The notes beneath the pieces are model-generated. The model did not search any database, was not told the origin of the DNA, and saw only the letters and a list, made by a program, of their open reading frames with translations. A stretch of 64,000 nucleotides of DNA. It comes from Tubulanus polymorphus (lineage: Eukaryota; Animalia; Nemertea). The translations under genes and the position numbers were made by a program. The stretch is taken from positions 7,912,812-7,976,811 of the forward strand of contig NC_134036.1 in assembly GCF_964204645.1 (NCBI RefSeq), read 5' to 3'. Shown piece after piece: positions 61,270 to 64,000 of this stretch; the first letter of the stretch is position 1; every line of letters begins with the position of its first letter.

Positions 61270-64000
61270 TTAGCAAAACAAATGATTTGAAATCATCAAA
61301 TTTTTGTATGATAACATTTGCCATTAAAGAGACATTGATCCGATGGCCATCAATTTTCGTGCCGGTGCATATAGTAACTAATTACATCGTTTTATTTTAG
61401 AATACATGTATTTGTTAGTTAAAACAGGAGTGATGTGATTTATTCCTGCCTCTTGTTTCGGTCTTGTAGCCGCGTTCTAAACCCGCTGAAGTTGGTATGT
61501 TAAACCCGCATACCATAAAAGAATGAAGCAGACAGTTAATAGAGTTCAAATATTCTAGTACACGTACTTCATTGTGTCAATTTTGGGTCACGATATGATC
61601 GAATTTCCACACAATAGCCGCCACCCAAATCGTATTGTAGTAACGCTTGGTTAGAGCTTCATTCGAGAACCAGCCACCACGTCTAGCGCACGCACACCAG
61701 TGAAGGGCCTGTATTGAGGATTACCCACCAAAGCCAAGTCGTCAGAAAATCCCAACATATCTGGTAAGTTTTAGATTATAATTAAGATTAACGATCATGA
61801 AATGTATTTAAATCAGTGGATTCGTAAACTATCTTTCATATCAAAGATTTTGTAGTTAGTTTTGTTGTAGGTGTATAGTACCATTCTTCAAAAACTGAAT
61901 TAGTTTTGTATTCAAATCTTTTATTTCAGGCCTAGTTTAATTTCTCAAGTTCAATTGATTTTTTTCTGATAGTTGACCTTTTTGTTCGGAAATCTTACAA
62001 TCTTTAGTTTTCGTTTGTAGATACCCAAAACGCCCTAGTGATAGATATCTCGACTAGTCGGAAACATATTTTTGATTACTTTTAGAATATAACGGTGAGT
62101 ATTCAACATATTCATTGCTGTTAGTTTCTCCTAAGTGTGAAGATTTCTTTTTTAGAATAATTTGCTTATCTGTTTTAGATTGATAGCACACTGGAAACAA
62201 AATCGATTGAATAGTCAACATCAAAACATGGGATCTTTATTTAATATGAATGGTTGAGTATGTGTTCATTTCATATAAGAATGAATTAGAATCTTTCAAC
62301 GATGAATAAAAGTGAAAGAATGAATTGAGTTTTCTAGCAGCAACCGTCAACATAGTAGCAGCAGCATCCATCAACATAGGAGCAGCAGCATCCGTCAACA
62401 TAGGAGCAGCAGCATCCATCAACATAGGAGAGGCAGCATCCGTCAACATAGGAGCAGCAGCATCCGTCAACATAGGAGCAGCAGCATCCATCAATATAGT
62501 AGCAGCAACAGCAGCAGCACAATTTGGTATCAACATAGGATCCAAGCGGCATCAAAAAATTAAAAACAAGTAAGTTTAAAGATAAGTTTTTCACCCCTAA
62601 GCTGAAAATACGGAACTGTCAAGGTTTTTCAGAGCTTCATTTTCCCGAGATAGTAACTGGAGAAAATATCGGTAAACTCTTCGGTACCGGGATTAAGTTC
62701 CACGACGACGTGATACCACCAGGAGCTCCCGAAATCCCAAACAGTGCTTCATATAATTATTAATTTCTATTTCGTCATTACAGCACGTTTTAAAACATTT
62801 TCAGTACAAAATAAAAAGCGCTTCGTTCGACTTCGAAAAAAAGACAAGTTTGTTTGGTCTTTTAAAATCTTGAATTCTTCCAGCAAATGTTAATTCTACA
62901 GAGCTCATTGATGCGCAGTGCCGGTACATGGATTCACAAACTTGTACTATTCTGTTTTTGCCAATCATGCCATTCAAATCAATCAATTTATTCAAACATT
63001 TTCAGCAACATTGGAATAGCAAGAGCAGTATGAGCGACAGAGGAACAACGGAGGAAAAATGAATCGCTTAGTATAAAAGATAAGTAGAGTTACATTCATC
63101 ACTAGGAGCTGTAAAGTGTTTTGAATGCAGTCTGATATGTGTAAGATTGTAAGTGTAGAAGTTTCACTCATTGTTTCAGTCTAACAAAGTTGTGACTGAT
63201 GTACATGTAACCGTGATTGTGTACACAGTCATTTCACTTATTCCTCATTTGGATGAATGTTCGTTCTCTCATCTTCATTAGCAATAAGAATAATTTCCAT
63301 CCGTTTAACCGCGACATCATGACATTTCTACCTCTCTGATTGTAGTGTGGATTAGGAGTGGTTTGGAATAGGGAAGGGTACAGAGGAGCTCACACGTAGG
63401 GTAGGATAGGACAATATGATAAGGTTAGGTCGAGTTGGATGGTGCAGGATGCGTTGGTGAGGTTGGGTTGGATGGTGAGTTTGGTAGAACTGATCACGGG
63501 GTGAGTGGTGTATGTGGTAGGATAGGGTAGTGTAGTTCGGTAGGTCTGCGATTAGAGATAGAAAGGCTGGTGTTAAGGCATTACAGAAGTGACGGTGGTA
63601 GGGTTCGGGTAGGAGGATGAGGTGGGGTATGGTAATAGGATAGAGTAGGACAGGATGTGATAGGGTAAGGTCTCTGGGTGGGGTAGGGTTGTCTGGTTGT
63701 GGTTGGGTTTGGGATTGGTTTAGTTCTTTGAAGGGTATGCTTAGTACAATGTTTGAACGTGTTGAGCTTGAATGAACCGAACACTGATATCCGATTAAAA
63801 AAGAAATCATGCAACGAGAAAAGCATCGATCGTTGAAAAATTAAACAGATGTTACCTAAGCATCCAAGACCTTACGGTGGCAATGTTTTTGAAAGACACA
63901 CGATGCAATGAATTTTGATTTCAAATAGTTTAGTACCAGCGTCAACCATTTCAATATCACGCGATGACTGGTATAGCACGTATCTGGATATGCTCTTGGT
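61270..64000. repeat. Host macro-repeat block A, copy 3 (runs off the window end)
   Basis: Colinear with 2657-5420 and 31535-34280. Confidence 0.9.

Overview
AT-rich eukaryotic (probably invertebrate) repeat-dense region with no recognisable host gene. It is dominated by Polinton/Maverick-type (adintovirus-like) endogenous viral elements. Two are complete: element 1 (5529-22633, ~17.1 kb, TSD AACAAC) and element 2 (40685-58175, ~17.5 kb, opposite orientation, TSD CACATT). The end of a third lies at 1-453, and two older decayed relics lie at ~26490-28835 and ~36445-40045. Both full elements encode a protein-primed PolB, a retroviral-type integrase with chromodomain, an A32-like packaging ATPase, putative major and minor capsid proteins and a block of membrane proteins; I found no standalone adenain protease. 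They are inserted in different copies of a ~11-kb host tandem macro-repeat built from ~154-bp satellite, a minisatellite/G-rich block, Penelope-like RT fragments and a Polinton relic. A 3' DIRS (tyrosine recombinase) fragment sits at 24391-26480. Most notable: (i) a 355-codon LAGLIDADG intein of the giant-virus PolB type in the YFD|TD catalytic motif of element 2, with an empty allele in element 1; (ii) nearly every gene starts with TAAATG, the poxvirus late-promoter core; (iii) an NCLDV-type HNH nuclease; (iv) ~206-bp terminal hairpins in element 1; (v) a conserved non-coding stem-loop with a compensatory change. Together these suggest, as inference only, an endogenous virophage-like Polinton that exchanges genes with, and may depend on, a cytoplasmic large DNA virus. 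Family assignments are from motif recognition by eye; no searches were run.
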